A DNA stretch of 64,000 nucleotides. It comes from Candidatus Binatia bacterium. GTDB lineage: Bacteria > Desulfobacterota > Binatia > Bin18. The notes below the pieces were generated by a model, which saw only the letters and a list, made by a program, of their open reading frames with translations, was not told where the DNA came from and made no database searches. The position numbers and the translations under genes are program-made. Below, piece after piece: positions 30,801 through 39,651 of this stretch. Positions within the stretch are counted from its first letter, which is position 1, and every line of letters starts with the position of its first letter. Location of the stretch: assembly GCA_963664395.2 (NCBI GenBank), contig OY761159.2:2240001-2304000 (forward strand), written 5' to 3'.

Positions 30801-30933
30801 CAGCGGCATCCACTCCGACCCCAACCGCCCCGACGACGAAGAATACATCGTCCGCCTCGTCGGCCAAGTCGTCCGCGTCAGCCTGGAAACGGTAGAAATA
30901 GTGCGTGGTTTGCCGGAGGAAAGTGGGGGGTGA
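27877..30933 (+). CDS. Single-polypeptide restriction-modification enzyme (nuclease + N6-adenine MTase + Type ISP-like specificity domain, no helicase)
   Basis: N-terminal PD...EAK, GIVYTPQEIVDF, LDPCTGTG, IIGNPPY, C-terminal YRPF and IFYYVYG...ELPRIP...SALEWVID. Confidence 0.9.
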   Translation: MAAQPKPKDIKDYYAALEAYEKQGVTHEGALRSAFQNLLAETGRRTGWTLIPELPSGSIRPDGTFRDEYYLNRGYWEAKDTNDNLETEIQKKIAKGYPLTNTIFEDTQRATLYQNGQVAMQVDLTKQEQISNLLITFFSYTEPAHEDFSSAVDDFKQRVPDLARGLVHIIQDAHATNAAFQQAFTSFFALCRESLNPNLSKVAVDEMLVQHLLTERLIRTIFDSQDFIRRNVIAREVETVIDALVSKAFNRHEFLKSLDTFYLAIESAAKTIENFSEKQHFLNAVYERFFQGYSIKAADTLGIVYTPQEIVDFMCASVEQVLQDEFGKTLSDTSVNILDPCTGTGNFIVNLLRRIPKRDLKRMYTQQLFANEVMLLPYYIAALNIEHAYYERTGEYKRFDGLCFVDTLELAEDSEQQFAFMTEENTARVERQKTAPITVIIGNPPYNVGQINENDNNKNRKYKVIEKQIRDTYAKDSRASNVNKLSDAYVKFFRWAVERLEKRDGIVCFVTNNSFVDQIAFDGMRKNLLQDFTKIYHTDLHGNVRKNPKLSGTTHNVFGIQVGVGITVAVRNAQHSSRTLQYHRVPEDWRKEEKLSWLAKKQHVATVEWRTLQPDANHTWLLPSHTDEFRAMLPIGSREAKANKGTNEEAIFKIFSIGVNTNRDAWVYCFDKGQLDDQVQRSIETYNGEIDRWNRAKRPKDVDGFVVNDESKIKWSSRLKETFARGIYAEFDVEKVRDALYRPFTKRFLFFDSVMNHRRALFPDIFPNPVTEEENKAICLTGIGSEKPFMVLVSNQLLDLHLVGAGAGTQAFPFYMYSQEGSNKRENITDWSLKQFQEHYRNPSITKWDIFYYVYGFLHHPGYREKFADNLKRELPRIPFAPDFQAFTSAGKQLARLHLEYEALEPYDLQWIESDDVPLSYRVDRMKLSKDKTALIVNDSLTLAGIPPDVFAYRLGNRSALEWVIDQYRLKTDKRSGIHSDPNRPDDEEYIVRLVGQVVRVSLETVEIVRGLPEESGG

Positions 30934-30967
30934 GAGACGCTATAGGGGATGTCTAAGACCGCTCAGA

Positions 30968-31282
30968 TTACGATTGAACGTCAGCGGCCCACTCTTCTTC
31001 ACTAAAAAAGACAAAGGAACACAACTGCTCTGGGTCCTCCCGTTCTTCTCGTTCAAGGACTCGGAGGGACGCAGCGTTGCATTGGGCAACGGTATCTCGC
31101 CAGCAGGATTCTTGCAGGAAAGCTGACCAATCTGCCGAATTGATTGGAACGCGAGGGTAAACTTTACCCTCGCGGATATGCACAAAGTCTATTCCTATGA
31201 CTGCGATCCCCTGACTTGAGCATTCCTCAACAATCCGTGCAGCCTCCTGCAACGGAAGATAGCGCTCGTTTCTCCTGACCAC
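30968..31282 (-). CDS. Hypothetical protein with weak resemblance to polymorphic-toxin immunity proteins
   Basis: 104 aa, EAARIVEECSSQGIAVIGIDF pattern. Confidence 0.55.
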   Translation of the reverse strand: MVRRNERYLPLQEAARIVEECSSQGIAVIGIDFVHIREGKVYPRVPINSADWSAFLQESCWRDTVAQCNAASLRVLEREEREDPEQLCSFVFFSEEEWAADVQS

Positions 31283-31327
31283 GCTCTGGCCCTCATGCCT
31301 CTCAATACGTTGGTCAGACGAATATGC

Positions 31328-32989
31328 TTAATACCCCCCAAACCCCATATCGGTTGTGGCCTGAGCGTCCGGGTCGGTGCAGACGTTAACTAAGGCGGGC
31401 TTGCCGCTGGCGAACGCTCGCTCAATCGCGGCCTTGATGTCGGCGGGATTCTCGACATATTCCCCGTAGCCGCCCAGCGCTTCGACCATCTTGTCATAGC
31501 GCTGATGGCCAAGCTCGCGGCCGACATTCTGCCTCCCCTCCTTGTCGCCGGCCGTCATATAGCCGGTCTGGCGCGAGGTGAAACCGGCGTTGTTTGAGAC
31601 CACGACGACAATAGGGATGTTATGCCGAATGGCCGAGTCCATCTCCATGCCGTTCCAGCCGAAGGCACCGTCGCCGGACAGGACCAGGACGGGTTTGTCC
31701 GGCGCCGCCACCTTGGCGCCGATGCCGAACGGTATGCCAATACCCATACAGCCATGCGGGCCGGCATTGAGACTGCCGCCGGCTGCATACACGGGAATGG
31801 ACTGGCGGGCAAAATTGAGGATTTCATGCCCATCCACGACCAAAATGGTGTCCCGGCTGATCGTTTCCCGGACTTCCTTGCACAAGCGCAGCGGATGGAC
31901 CGGGATGGCGTCCGAGTGCAGCAGCGGAGCCGAGCGTTCCATATTGGAGCGTTGCTTGGCCGCAAGCTGGGCGACCCAGATGGTTTCCCGGTCGGGGTCG
32001 AACTTGCCGTCGGCTTCTTCCGTCAACTGCTGCAAGACGAGTTTGGCGTCGCCGACAATGCCGACAGCCACCCCCCGATTATGACCAATGGCTCTGCTGT
32101 CCAGATTGACGTTGATAAATTTTGCTGTGGGAGAAAAACGGGGGGCGCGCAGAAACGACAGCATGGAGTTTGCCCTGGCGCCAATGACCAGCACCACGTC
32201 GGCCTCGCGAAAGGCCATGGACCGGGCCGCGGGAAAGGCGAGGGTATGATCCTCAGGAATGACGCCGCGACCCTGCGGAGTGGTGAAAAAAGGAAGGCCG
32301 GTGGCCTCGACAAACCGTTGCAGTTCCGCACTGGCTCCCGACCACAGAATGCCGCTGCCGGTCACGATGAGGGGTTTCTCGGCCTGGGCCAGGAGGGCAA
32401 TGGCTTGCTTGACCAGGGCCGGGTCGCCGGCCGGCCGACTTTCGACCCGATAATTCTCCGGCCAGTAGATTTTCTCTTCGTCAACTTTATGCGCCAAAAC
32501 ATCGCCTGGTAAATCGAGATACACCGGGCCTTTCTTGCCGTCCAGAGCTTCGCGGAAGGCAAGACTGACATATTCGGGCACCCGCTGGGCCATATCAATG
32601 CGATACGCCGCCTTGACCACGGGCTTCATCATGGCGACCTGGTCCATCTCCTGGAAGGCGTCGAGCGTGGTCGCCCGCATGGGAGCAGACCCACCGATGG
32701 CAATAATCGGAGCAGAATCTGCCCAGGCATTGGCCAGTCCGGTGACGGCGTTGGCCGTGCCGGGCCCGGACGGCGTGATGCAGATGCCGGGCTTGCCCGT
32801 TACGCGGGCGTAGGCGTGGGCCATCATGGCCGCGGCCTGTTCGTGGCGGACATAGATGCCCTGCATGCCCAGGTCGAGACAGGCCGCCGCGGTGCCGCTG
32901 GTCGGTCCGCCCATCATGAAGAAAATGGTATCGACGTTCTCTCGCTTGAAACTCTGTGCGATCAACTCTTCGCCCCGAACTGTACCCAT
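31328..32989 (-). CDS. TPP-dependent enzyme, 2-hydroxyacyl-CoA lyase/oxalyl-CoA decarboxylase-like
   Basis: VRHEQAA, SGPGTAN, FQEMDQ, GCMGIG, GDGAFG...NN TPP motif. Confidence 0.92.
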   Translation of the reverse strand: MGTVRGEELIAQSFKRENVDTIFFMMGGPTSGTAAACLDLGMQGIYVRHEQAAAMMAHAYARVTGKPGICITPSGPGTANAVTGLANAWADSAPIIAIGGSAPMRATTLDAFQEMDQVAMMKPVVKAAYRIDMAQRVPEYVSLAFREALDGKKGPVYLDLPGDVLAHKVDEEKIYWPENYRVESRPAGDPALVKQAIALLAQAEKPLIVTGSGILWSGASAELQRFVEATGLPFFTTPQGRGVIPEDHTLAFPAARSMAFREADVVLVIGARANSMLSFLRAPRFSPTAKFINVNLDSRAIGHNRGVAVGIVGDAKLVLQQLTEEADGKFDPDRETIWVAQLAAKQRSNMERSAPLLHSDAIPVHPLRLCKEVRETISRDTILVVDGHEILNFARQSIPVYAAGGSLNAGPHGCMGIGIPFGIGAKVAAPDKPVLVLSGDGAFGWNGMEMDSAIRHNIPIVVVVSNNAGFTSRQTGYMTAGDKEGRQNVGRELGHQRYDKMVEALGGYGEYVENPADIKAAIERAFASGKPALVNVCTDPDAQATTDMGFGGY

Positions 32990-33082
32990 GGTGTTCCTCC
33001 TTTTTTTGCGTCTCTTCCTCAATCCGTTCGCTTGCTTCAGATTCTAACCGGGGCCTATGATATCCGCTCCAGCCACGCGGGG

Positions 33083-35668
33083 TTAGCCCCATTCGAAACC
33101 GGCGCGCAGATAATACAACCCGCCGTTGTATCCATACGGCGAGACGACTGGATATTTCATGCCATGGTGGCCGGCATACTTGTTTTTGGTCGGATACGTA
33201 TCGACCAGGTTTTGTGCGCCAAGCGCCAGGGTCACGCCGTTGAACCCACCGTTGAAAAAAGTATAGGACGCCTCCAGGTCGAGCAGGGCGCGCGCGTGGG
33301 CGTGGACGGGATTGGTGGGCCTGAATATCGGGAAATCTTTGAAATCGTCGTAGTAGTGGAGCCGGGTGAGCAGCCGCCACGCTCCCCAGCTATGGTCTGC
33401 GCTCAGCGTGAAGCGGAACGCCGGGTCGGTGTTCTCGATTTGGGCGGCCCGCAGGTCATTAGTGATTTGCGGGTTGCGCGTATCGACCTTGGTGGTGTTC
33501 CAGTTACCGGCAAAGGTGAACATGGTAGAGCCGGCCCTGCCGCCGAGCCACTCCAGGGGGTAGGTCGCCACGACATCCAGCCCCTGGGTGGTCGTGCTGA
33601 AGTCGTTGTTGAAGTAGCTGACCTGGCCGCCCACAATGTCGATACCGGCGGCGGCCAAGGCGGCTTTATCGGCCGCGGTGAGGAGGAAATTCTGGCTGAG
33701 CATAATCCGCCGGCGCACCTCCATATTATAGTAGTCGGCGGTGACGGACAGGTTGCCGAGCGTGATGACCGCACCGAGGCTGAAGCTGGTTGAGTGTTCA
33801 GGGCTGAGGGGCTTGCCGCCCTTCTGTTGTGCAATCGGGTCGTTGCCCGACAGCACGTAGGTCAGGTTCAGCTCGCCGGTCTCGGCGTTGAGGCTCGATG
33901 TTATATTGCGGTAGTTGGCCTGCCCGACGGTTGGCGTCCGAAAGTTCGTCCCGATGGAGCCGCGTAGCGCCAAATAGTCGTCAAGCAGGCTCCAGCGGGC
34001 GGCCAGCTTGCCATTGAGCGATTCGCCGATGCCGGCATGATGCTCAAACCGACCGGCGGCGGTGAGCAACACATCGGTCAGGACATCGGCCTCCAGGTCG
34101 AGATACGCGCCAAAACTGTCCCGGCTGGCCTCGGTCGCCTCTGCGGGCGACGTGCCTGGGTGGCCGGAGACCGCGACCGCGAGGCCCTGTCGGGCCAGCA
34201 TGTCGTCACGGAAATAGGAATTTGGGTCCCCGGTTCCGCTCTCAAAAGTCTCTTCACGGTACTCCAGGCCGAAAGCGACGTTCAGCGCAGAAGCGAACAG
34301 GCCGATGTCGAATGGCCGGGAGAGGTCCAGGTTGAAGATCTTGTCCCGCTCCTCGTACCTGCGGGTTCTGTACTGGGTCGGAATCGCGGCCTTGAGGCTG
34401 ATCAGATTCGGATTCACGCTATTCCTGAGGTAGGTGTCCATGCTGTTCTGACCGAACCCAGCGCTCATATCGTAGTGCCAGCCGTCCAGCAGGGCGTAGG
34501 TGCTGCGCAGACTCCCGCGCAGGCCGAATACGAGGCTCCAGTCGTTCATGACGCCCCGAAACCGGGGGGTGAACCCGCCCGGGAAGGCCTGGGCCAAGCT
34601 GTAGCAGTTGTCCTGGCCTGCCAGCGGGGCCAGGGCGGCCGGGCCTTGCGCCACATAATCGCTCGTCGTGATCGTCGGGCAGTTACCGGACATCCCGTCC
34701 GCGGACAGGTCGGCGACCAGTAGATTATCGCCCTGCGCGAACACGCCCGGAAAACTGGCCGGATTGCGCCAGTAGAACGTGTCTTCAATCTCGCGCTCCG
34801 CATAATTACCGAAGGCATACAGCTGATGGTCGTCGCCGAGGTCCAGGCCGAGGTTACCGAAGAATTTATAGTCGTACTTCACGTCCGGGGCGCCCCAGGG
34901 CTGGGCCGCGGATTTACGGATAAAGGCGTTGCCATTCTCGACCATGCGGCGGGCATCGTCGCGCTGCACGCTGCGGTTGGTCGAATCCGCGTTGGTGAAC
35001 TCAAAGCTGAAGTTGGCAAAGCCGGCCTCGGCCAGCGGCAAGCCGATGTTGGCCGCGACATTCAGCCGGTCGCCATCGCCGTGGTAATACTGCCCCAGGT
35101 TGGTCTCCAGGGTGCCGCCTGCGGGCGCGTCGCGCAGCACGAAATTCAGCACCCCGGCCACTGCGTCGGACCCATACTGCGCGCCGGCTCCGTCGCGCAG
35201 GACTTCTACCCGTTTGAGGGCGATGGACGGGATGGAGGCGATATCCGTCCCATGCGAACCGCTCGCCAGGCCATAACTCCAGCGGGTAATCGCGGAGGAG
35301 CGGTGGCGGCGTTTGCCGTTGACCAACACCAGGGTCGAGTCCGGCGGCAGGCCGCGCAGCTTGGCCGGGCGGACCAGGGCGGACTCAACACCGATGCCAT
35401 ACTGAAAGACCTTGTAGGACGGGACGGTCGCGGACAACAGGTCGTTCATATCCGTGCTGCCGTAGTGCCTGAGGCTGTCAGCGTCAATGACGTCCACCGG
35501 CACGGGCGAATCCGCCGCGGAGCGGCCCGCCGAGCGGGAGCCGACCACCCGGATTTCTTCAAGGCCGACGACCTCTTCTGCCGGGTCGACCGGCTGCGCC
35601 CCGGCCGGCAGCGAGCCTATCAAGACCAGGAGCAACACCAGGAGACCGTATTGCCCTGATTTCCTCAT
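33083..35668 (-). CDS. TonB-dependent receptor (copy 2)
   Basis: Signal peptide, EEIRVVGSR, plug motif LVLVNGKR, RVEVLRDGAGAQYGSDAVAGVLN, C-terminal beta-strand. Confidence 0.95.
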   Translation of the reverse strand: MRKSGQYGLLVLLLVLIGSLPAGAQPVDPAEEVVGLEEIRVVGSRSAGRSAADSPVPVDVIDADSLRHYGSTDMNDLLSATVPSYKVFQYGIGVESALVRPAKLRGLPPDSTLVLVNGKRRHRSSAITRWSYGLASGSHGTDIASIPSIALKRVEVLRDGAGAQYGSDAVAGVLNFVLRDAPAGGTLETNLGQYYHGDGDRLNVAANIGLPLAEAGFANFSFEFTNADSTNRSVQRDDARRMVENGNAFIRKSAAQPWGAPDVKYDYKFFGNLGLDLGDDHQLYAFGNYAEREIEDTFYWRNPASFPGVFAQGDNLLVADLSADGMSGNCPTITTSDYVAQGPAALAPLAGQDNCYSLAQAFPGGFTPRFRGVMNDWSLVFGLRGSLRSTYALLDGWHYDMSAGFGQNSMDTYLRNSVNPNLISLKAAIPTQYRTRRYEERDKIFNLDLSRPFDIGLFASALNVAFGLEYREETFESGTGDPNSYFRDDMLARQGLAVAVSGHPGTSPAEATEASRDSFGAYLDLEADVLTDVLLTAAGRFEHHAGIGESLNGKLAARWSLLDDYLALRGSIGTNFRTPTVGQANYRNITSSLNAETGELNLTYVLSGNDPIAQQKGGKPLSPEHSTSFSLGAVITLGNLSVTADYYNMEVRRRIMLSQNFLLTAADKAALAAAGIDIVGGQVSYFNNDFSTTTQGLDVVATYPLEWLGGRAGSTMFTFAGNWNTTKVDTRNPQITNDLRAAQIENTDPAFRFTLSADHSWGAWRLLTRLHYYDDFKDFPIFRPTNPVHAHARALLDLEASYTFFNGGFNGVTLALGAQNLVDTYPTKNKYAGHHGMKYPVVSPYGYNGGLYYLRAGFEWG

Positions 35669-35715
35669 ACGCTGCTCTTGCCCGTTGACTGCGCCTGGCG
35701 CGTGAGCGCCAGGGT

Positions 35716-38373
35716 TCAGAATGAGTACGACGCCCTGAAGTAGTAGAACCCGCCGTTGTATCCATACGGCGAGGTGACCGGGTACTTCTGGCCGGCATCA
35801 TACTCATTACGATGCACCCGTCCGACCTTGGTCGGATATGTGTTTAACAGGTTGTCCACTCCGGCGGCCACGATCAGCCCGAAATCGAACATGTATGACG
35901 CTTCCAGGTCGAGCAACGCACGGGCACGGGCATAGATGGGCGGGTTGATCTTATAATCTTGATACGGCTCGGTGAAACCGTCGTAGTAATGCAGCCGGGA
36001 AAGGAACCGCCATGATCCCCAGGTGTGGTCCGCCATCAGCGAGAAGCGGAACTCCGGCTCGACATCTTCGACCTGAACTTTGCGCACCGAACCGATGACC
36101 TGCGAGTTAATTGAATCGAGATTGAGGTTGGTGTCGTTCCAGTTGCCGGCAAACGTCAACATAGTCCTGCCGATGCTGCCGCCGAACAAATCCAGGGGAT
36201 AGGTCGCCACGAGATCGATGCCTTGCGTGTACGTTTCGAAAGCGTTGGTGAAAAACCTCACGCTTCTCACGCGACTTGCATCGACGCCTATAGTGGCCAG
36301 GGCGGCGAGATCTTCAGGGGTGATACCCTGGGCGCTGGTCAACCCAATCCGATTTCTCACTTCTATATTGTAATAGTCCAGGGTGACGGTCAGGGCATTG
36401 AGGGTGAGCACCGTCCCGACCGAAAAAGACATGGAGGTCTCCGGTGTCAGCGGCTTGGCCCCTTTCCGGAGCGCAATCGGGTGGCCGCCTGGAAGCGTCG
36501 GCGTTTCGACGAGTTGGTTTGTTTCGGGATCAAAGTTGTAGGTCGTGTCCTGGTAGTTCGCCTGTCCCACGGTCGGCGCGCGAAAGCCGGTCCCGATCGA
36601 CCCGCGCAGCGCCAGATAGTCCTCAAGCAGGCTCCAGCGGGCGGCGAGCTTGCCGTCCAGGGATTCGCCGATGCCTTCATGGTGCTCGAAGCGGCCCGCG
36701 GCGGTGACCAGTACGTTCTGGATGACGTTGGCGTCGAGGTCGATATACGCGCCGAAGCTACCCCGTTCGGCCTCCACCGCATTCTCCGGGCGGATAGCTG
36801 GATACGCTTGGCCGCCTACGCTGAACCCCTGTGCTGCGAGGCCACGCTCTTTCCGTTGCCCATCACATTCTCCGTTGTCATCAGAGCACCAGCCGTTCTT
36901 ATCACCGGATTGGATCTCATACTCTTCCTCGCGGTACTCCAGTCCGAAGGCGACGTTCAGCGGGGAGTGGAAGACGCCAATGTCGAACAGCCTGGAGAAA
37001 TCCAGATTGAAGATCTTGTCCCGCTCCTCGTAGGCGCGTGCGAAGTATTCCGTCGGCATGGCGTCTTTGAGGCGGAGAAGTTGCGGGTTGACGGTGTTCC
37101 ATATGTAGTACGTGGTTCTGTGCTGGCCGAACGCGGCACTCATGTCGTAGTTCCAGCCGTCGAGTAGTGCAGAGGCGCTCTGCAACGTCCCGCGCAGGCC
37201 GAAGGTGATGCCCCAGTCTCGGACGCCGCCGCGCATCCGCGGCGTGAACCCGCCAGAAAGATTTTGGGCCAACGCGTAACAGTCCGGGTTGCCCCCCAGC
37301 GGGGCCAGTGCGGCTACGCCGTTTTGCGTATAATCGCGTGCCGAGATTGTCGGGCAGTTGCCGGTGCCGTCGGGCGTCAGGTCGGCGACCTTTAGACGTT
37401 CGCCGTCCAGATAGACCCCTGTCGTACCGGTAGGCGCGGACGGATGAGGGCCCCGGAAATACCACGAATCCATAATCTCGCGTTCCGCCCAGCTGCCGAA
37501 GGCGTAGGCATGGTGAGAGTCGCCGAGGTCGAAGCCGAAGTTGCCGAAGAATTTATAGTCGTACGGCACGTCCGGCGCGCCCCACACCATCGCGCGATGC
37601 TTTACGGGAAGCCCGGCGTTTCTCAACGGCTTTTCTATATCGAGTTCATAGCTGCGGTCGGTCGAGTCGGAGTTGGTGAACTCGAAGCTGAGGTTGGCGA
37701 AGCCGGCGTCGGTCAGCGGCAGGCCGATGTTGGCCGCCGTGTTCACCGAGTCGCCGTCCCCTTGGTAGTATTGCCCCCAGCTCGCTTCGAGCGTGCCGCC
37801 CTCGGGCGCGTCGCGCAGCACAAAATTCAGCACCCCGGCCACGGCGTCGGAGCCGTACTGCGCGCCAGCGCCGTCGCGCAGCACTTCGACGCGTTTGAGC
37901 GCGATGGACGGGATCGAGCGGATGTCGACGCCGTGCGCCCCTTGCGCCTGCCCGAAGGTGAAGATGCTGACTGCGGACGAGCGGTGCCGGCGTTTGCCGT
38001 TGACCAGCACCAGGGTCGAGTCCGGCGGCAGCCCGCGCATCTTGGCCGGGCGGACCAGCGAGTTCGCGTCACCGATAGCGTGCTGAGTGACGTTATAGGA
38101 CGGAACAGTCGCGGCCAGCAGGTTGTTCAGGTCGCGGACGCCGTAATTCCTGAGACTGTCGCCGTCGATGATGTCTACCGGAACGGGAGAGTCTGCGGCC
38201 GAACGACCCACTGCCCGGGAGCCGACCACTCGCATTTCCTCCAACTCTAGGGGCTGCTGTGTCTGGTCGACCTCTGGCGCGTCAGCCTGTTCCGCGTCTT
38301 GTGCCGTGGCCAGCGGTGCGCCCATCAAGACCAAGAGGGGCACCAAAAGGCTGCATTGCCCTACTTTCTTCAT
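35716..38373 (-). CDS. TonB-dependent receptor (copy 1)
   Basis: AGGAGG RBS before ATG 38373, signal peptide, same plug motifs as copy 2, C-terminal Phe. Confidence 0.95.
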   Translation of the reverse strand: MKKVGQCSLLVPLLVLMGAPLATAQDAEQADAPEVDQTQQPLELEEMRVVGSRAVGRSAADSPVPVDIIDGDSLRNYGVRDLNNLLAATVPSYNVTQHAIGDANSLVRPAKMRGLPPDSTLVLVNGKRRHRSSAVSIFTFGQAQGAHGVDIRSIPSIALKRVEVLRDGAGAQYGSDAVAGVLNFVLRDAPEGGTLEASWGQYYQGDGDSVNTAANIGLPLTDAGFANLSFEFTNSDSTDRSYELDIEKPLRNAGLPVKHRAMVWGAPDVPYDYKFFGNFGFDLGDSHHAYAFGSWAEREIMDSWYFRGPHPSAPTGTTGVYLDGERLKVADLTPDGTGNCPTISARDYTQNGVAALAPLGGNPDCYALAQNLSGGFTPRMRGGVRDWGITFGLRGTLQSASALLDGWNYDMSAAFGQHRTTYYIWNTVNPQLLRLKDAMPTEYFARAYEERDKIFNLDFSRLFDIGVFHSPLNVAFGLEYREEEYEIQSGDKNGWCSDDNGECDGQRKERGLAAQGFSVGGQAYPAIRPENAVEAERGSFGAYIDLDANVIQNVLVTAAGRFEHHEGIGESLDGKLAARWSLLEDYLALRGSIGTGFRAPTVGQANYQDTTYNFDPETNQLVETPTLPGGHPIALRKGAKPLTPETSMSFSVGTVLTLNALTVTLDYYNIEVRNRIGLTSAQGITPEDLAALATIGVDASRVRSVRFFTNAFETYTQGIDLVATYPLDLFGGSIGRTMLTFAGNWNDTNLNLDSINSQVIGSVRKVQVEDVEPEFRFSLMADHTWGSWRFLSRLHYYDGFTEPYQDYKINPPIYARARALLDLEASYMFDFGLIVAAGVDNLLNTYPTKVGRVHRNEYDAGQKYPVTSPYGYNGGFYYFRASYSF

Positions 38374-38563
38374 ACCAGTATCCCTCCTTCTTGCGATGAC
38401 CTTGCGATGACTATGATGCCGTAACTGTTCCTTAGCAACTGCCACGGCTTTCTGTAAATTTTGGCTGGCAGCGCGCCCGGTTACGAATGTCATGAGCCCT
38501 CTGTTTTTCTGGCCGGTCGTGGAGTACAACGACTCCCGATACTGCATAAAGAAGGAGAAAAAT

Positions 38564-39532
38564 GTGAAAGCCGTTCTTTTCGACCAGCTTGGTGGTCCGG
38601 AAGTCCTGAAACTCGGTGATGCGCCCGACCCTGAGGTTCGGCCTGGTAAAGTGTTAATCAAGAACCATGCGGTTGGCATCAACTTCGCGGACACCCTCTT
38701 CCGCCAAGGCCAATATGCCATGCAGCCGAAGCTGCCGGACATCCCAGGGCTTGAAGCAGCCGGAGTTGTTGAGGCGGTTGGTGACGGCGTGGATGGGATC
38801 AAACCAGGTGATCGGGTGACTTCGATCGGCATGAAAACGTACGCCGAGTACTCGCTCGCGTCAGCAAGCCAGGTCATGGCCCTGCCCGACTCGGTGAGTT
38901 TTGAGCAGGGCGCTGCTTTTCCGATTCAGGTGCTGACTGCGTATCATATGCTCTTTACCTCCCATAACCTGACCGCCGGTCAGTCCGTCATCGTCCATTC
39001 TGCGGCGGGCGGTGTTGGTCTGGCTGCGGTTCAGATTGCCAAAGCTGCCGGTGCTCGGGTTATTGGAACGGTATCGACAGATGAGAAAGCGACCTTGGCC
39101 AAAGAGTATGGCGCTGATGAAGTCATTAATTATGCCACCCAGGACTTCTCACAAGAGACGCTGAAACTGACCGACGGGAAAGGCGTTGATCTGATTCTCG
39201 ACGCAGTGGGCAAGCCAACGGTAGAGAAGGGCCTGAGCTGCTTGGCGCCGTTCGGTCATCTGATTCTCTATGGCCGGGCCGGGGGCGTGCCTGATCCGCT
39301 CAATTTGTTTGGCTTGTTCCAGAAATCCATCAAGGTCAGCGGCTTTATTTTATATACGGTCTCGGCCATGCCGGATGTCCATCACAAGGGTATTCAGCAA
39401 TCTCTCCAACTCATAGACGAAGGCAAGCTCAAACTGCTCATTGGTAAGTCCTTTCCACTGGCTGAAGCGGCGGCGGCCCATCGTCACATGGAGTCGCGTC
39501 AGTCGGTTGGGAAATTAGTGTTGATTCCGTAG
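38564..39532 (+). CDS. NADPH:quinone oxidoreductase (MDR/zeta-crystallin family)
   Basis: GGPEVL, GINFAD, PGLEAAG, HSAAGGVG, GKLVL; GTG start after AAGGAG. Confidence 0.94.
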   Translation: MKAVLFDQLGGPEVLKLGDAPDPEVRPGKVLIKNHAVGINFADTLFRQGQYAMQPKLPDIPGLEAAGVVEAVGDGVDGIKPGDRVTSIGMKTYAEYSLASASQVMALPDSVSFEQGAAFPIQVLTAYHMLFTSHNLTAGQSVIVHSAAGGVGLAAVQIAKAAGARVIGTVSTDEKATLAKEYGADEVINYATQDFSQETLKLTDGKGVDLILDAVGKPTVEKGLSCLAPFGHLILYGRAGGVPDPLNLFGLFQKSIKVSGFILYTVSAMPDVHHKGIQQSLQLIDEGKLKLLIGKSFPLAEAAAAHRHMESRQSVGKLVLIP

Positions 39533-39651
39533 GGAAAGAACGGAGCTGAGCGGGGAGCCGGGGCAGGCATGGGCGTACTGTCCCTCATTGACCCGGCGCG
39601 CGCAAGCTGTCATGAAGGGGGCTCATATCTATCCACACTAAGGAGGACGCA

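Noticed and set aside
38374-38563. Cobalamin riboswitch or Fur box ahead of the receptors
   Set aside because: No B12-box or GATAAT-type inverted repeat was recognisable.
38374-38877. 1053-aa version of the TonB receptor in the ORF track
   Set aside because: The extension is the antisense shadow of the quinone oxidoreductase; RBS and signal peptide place the start at 38373.
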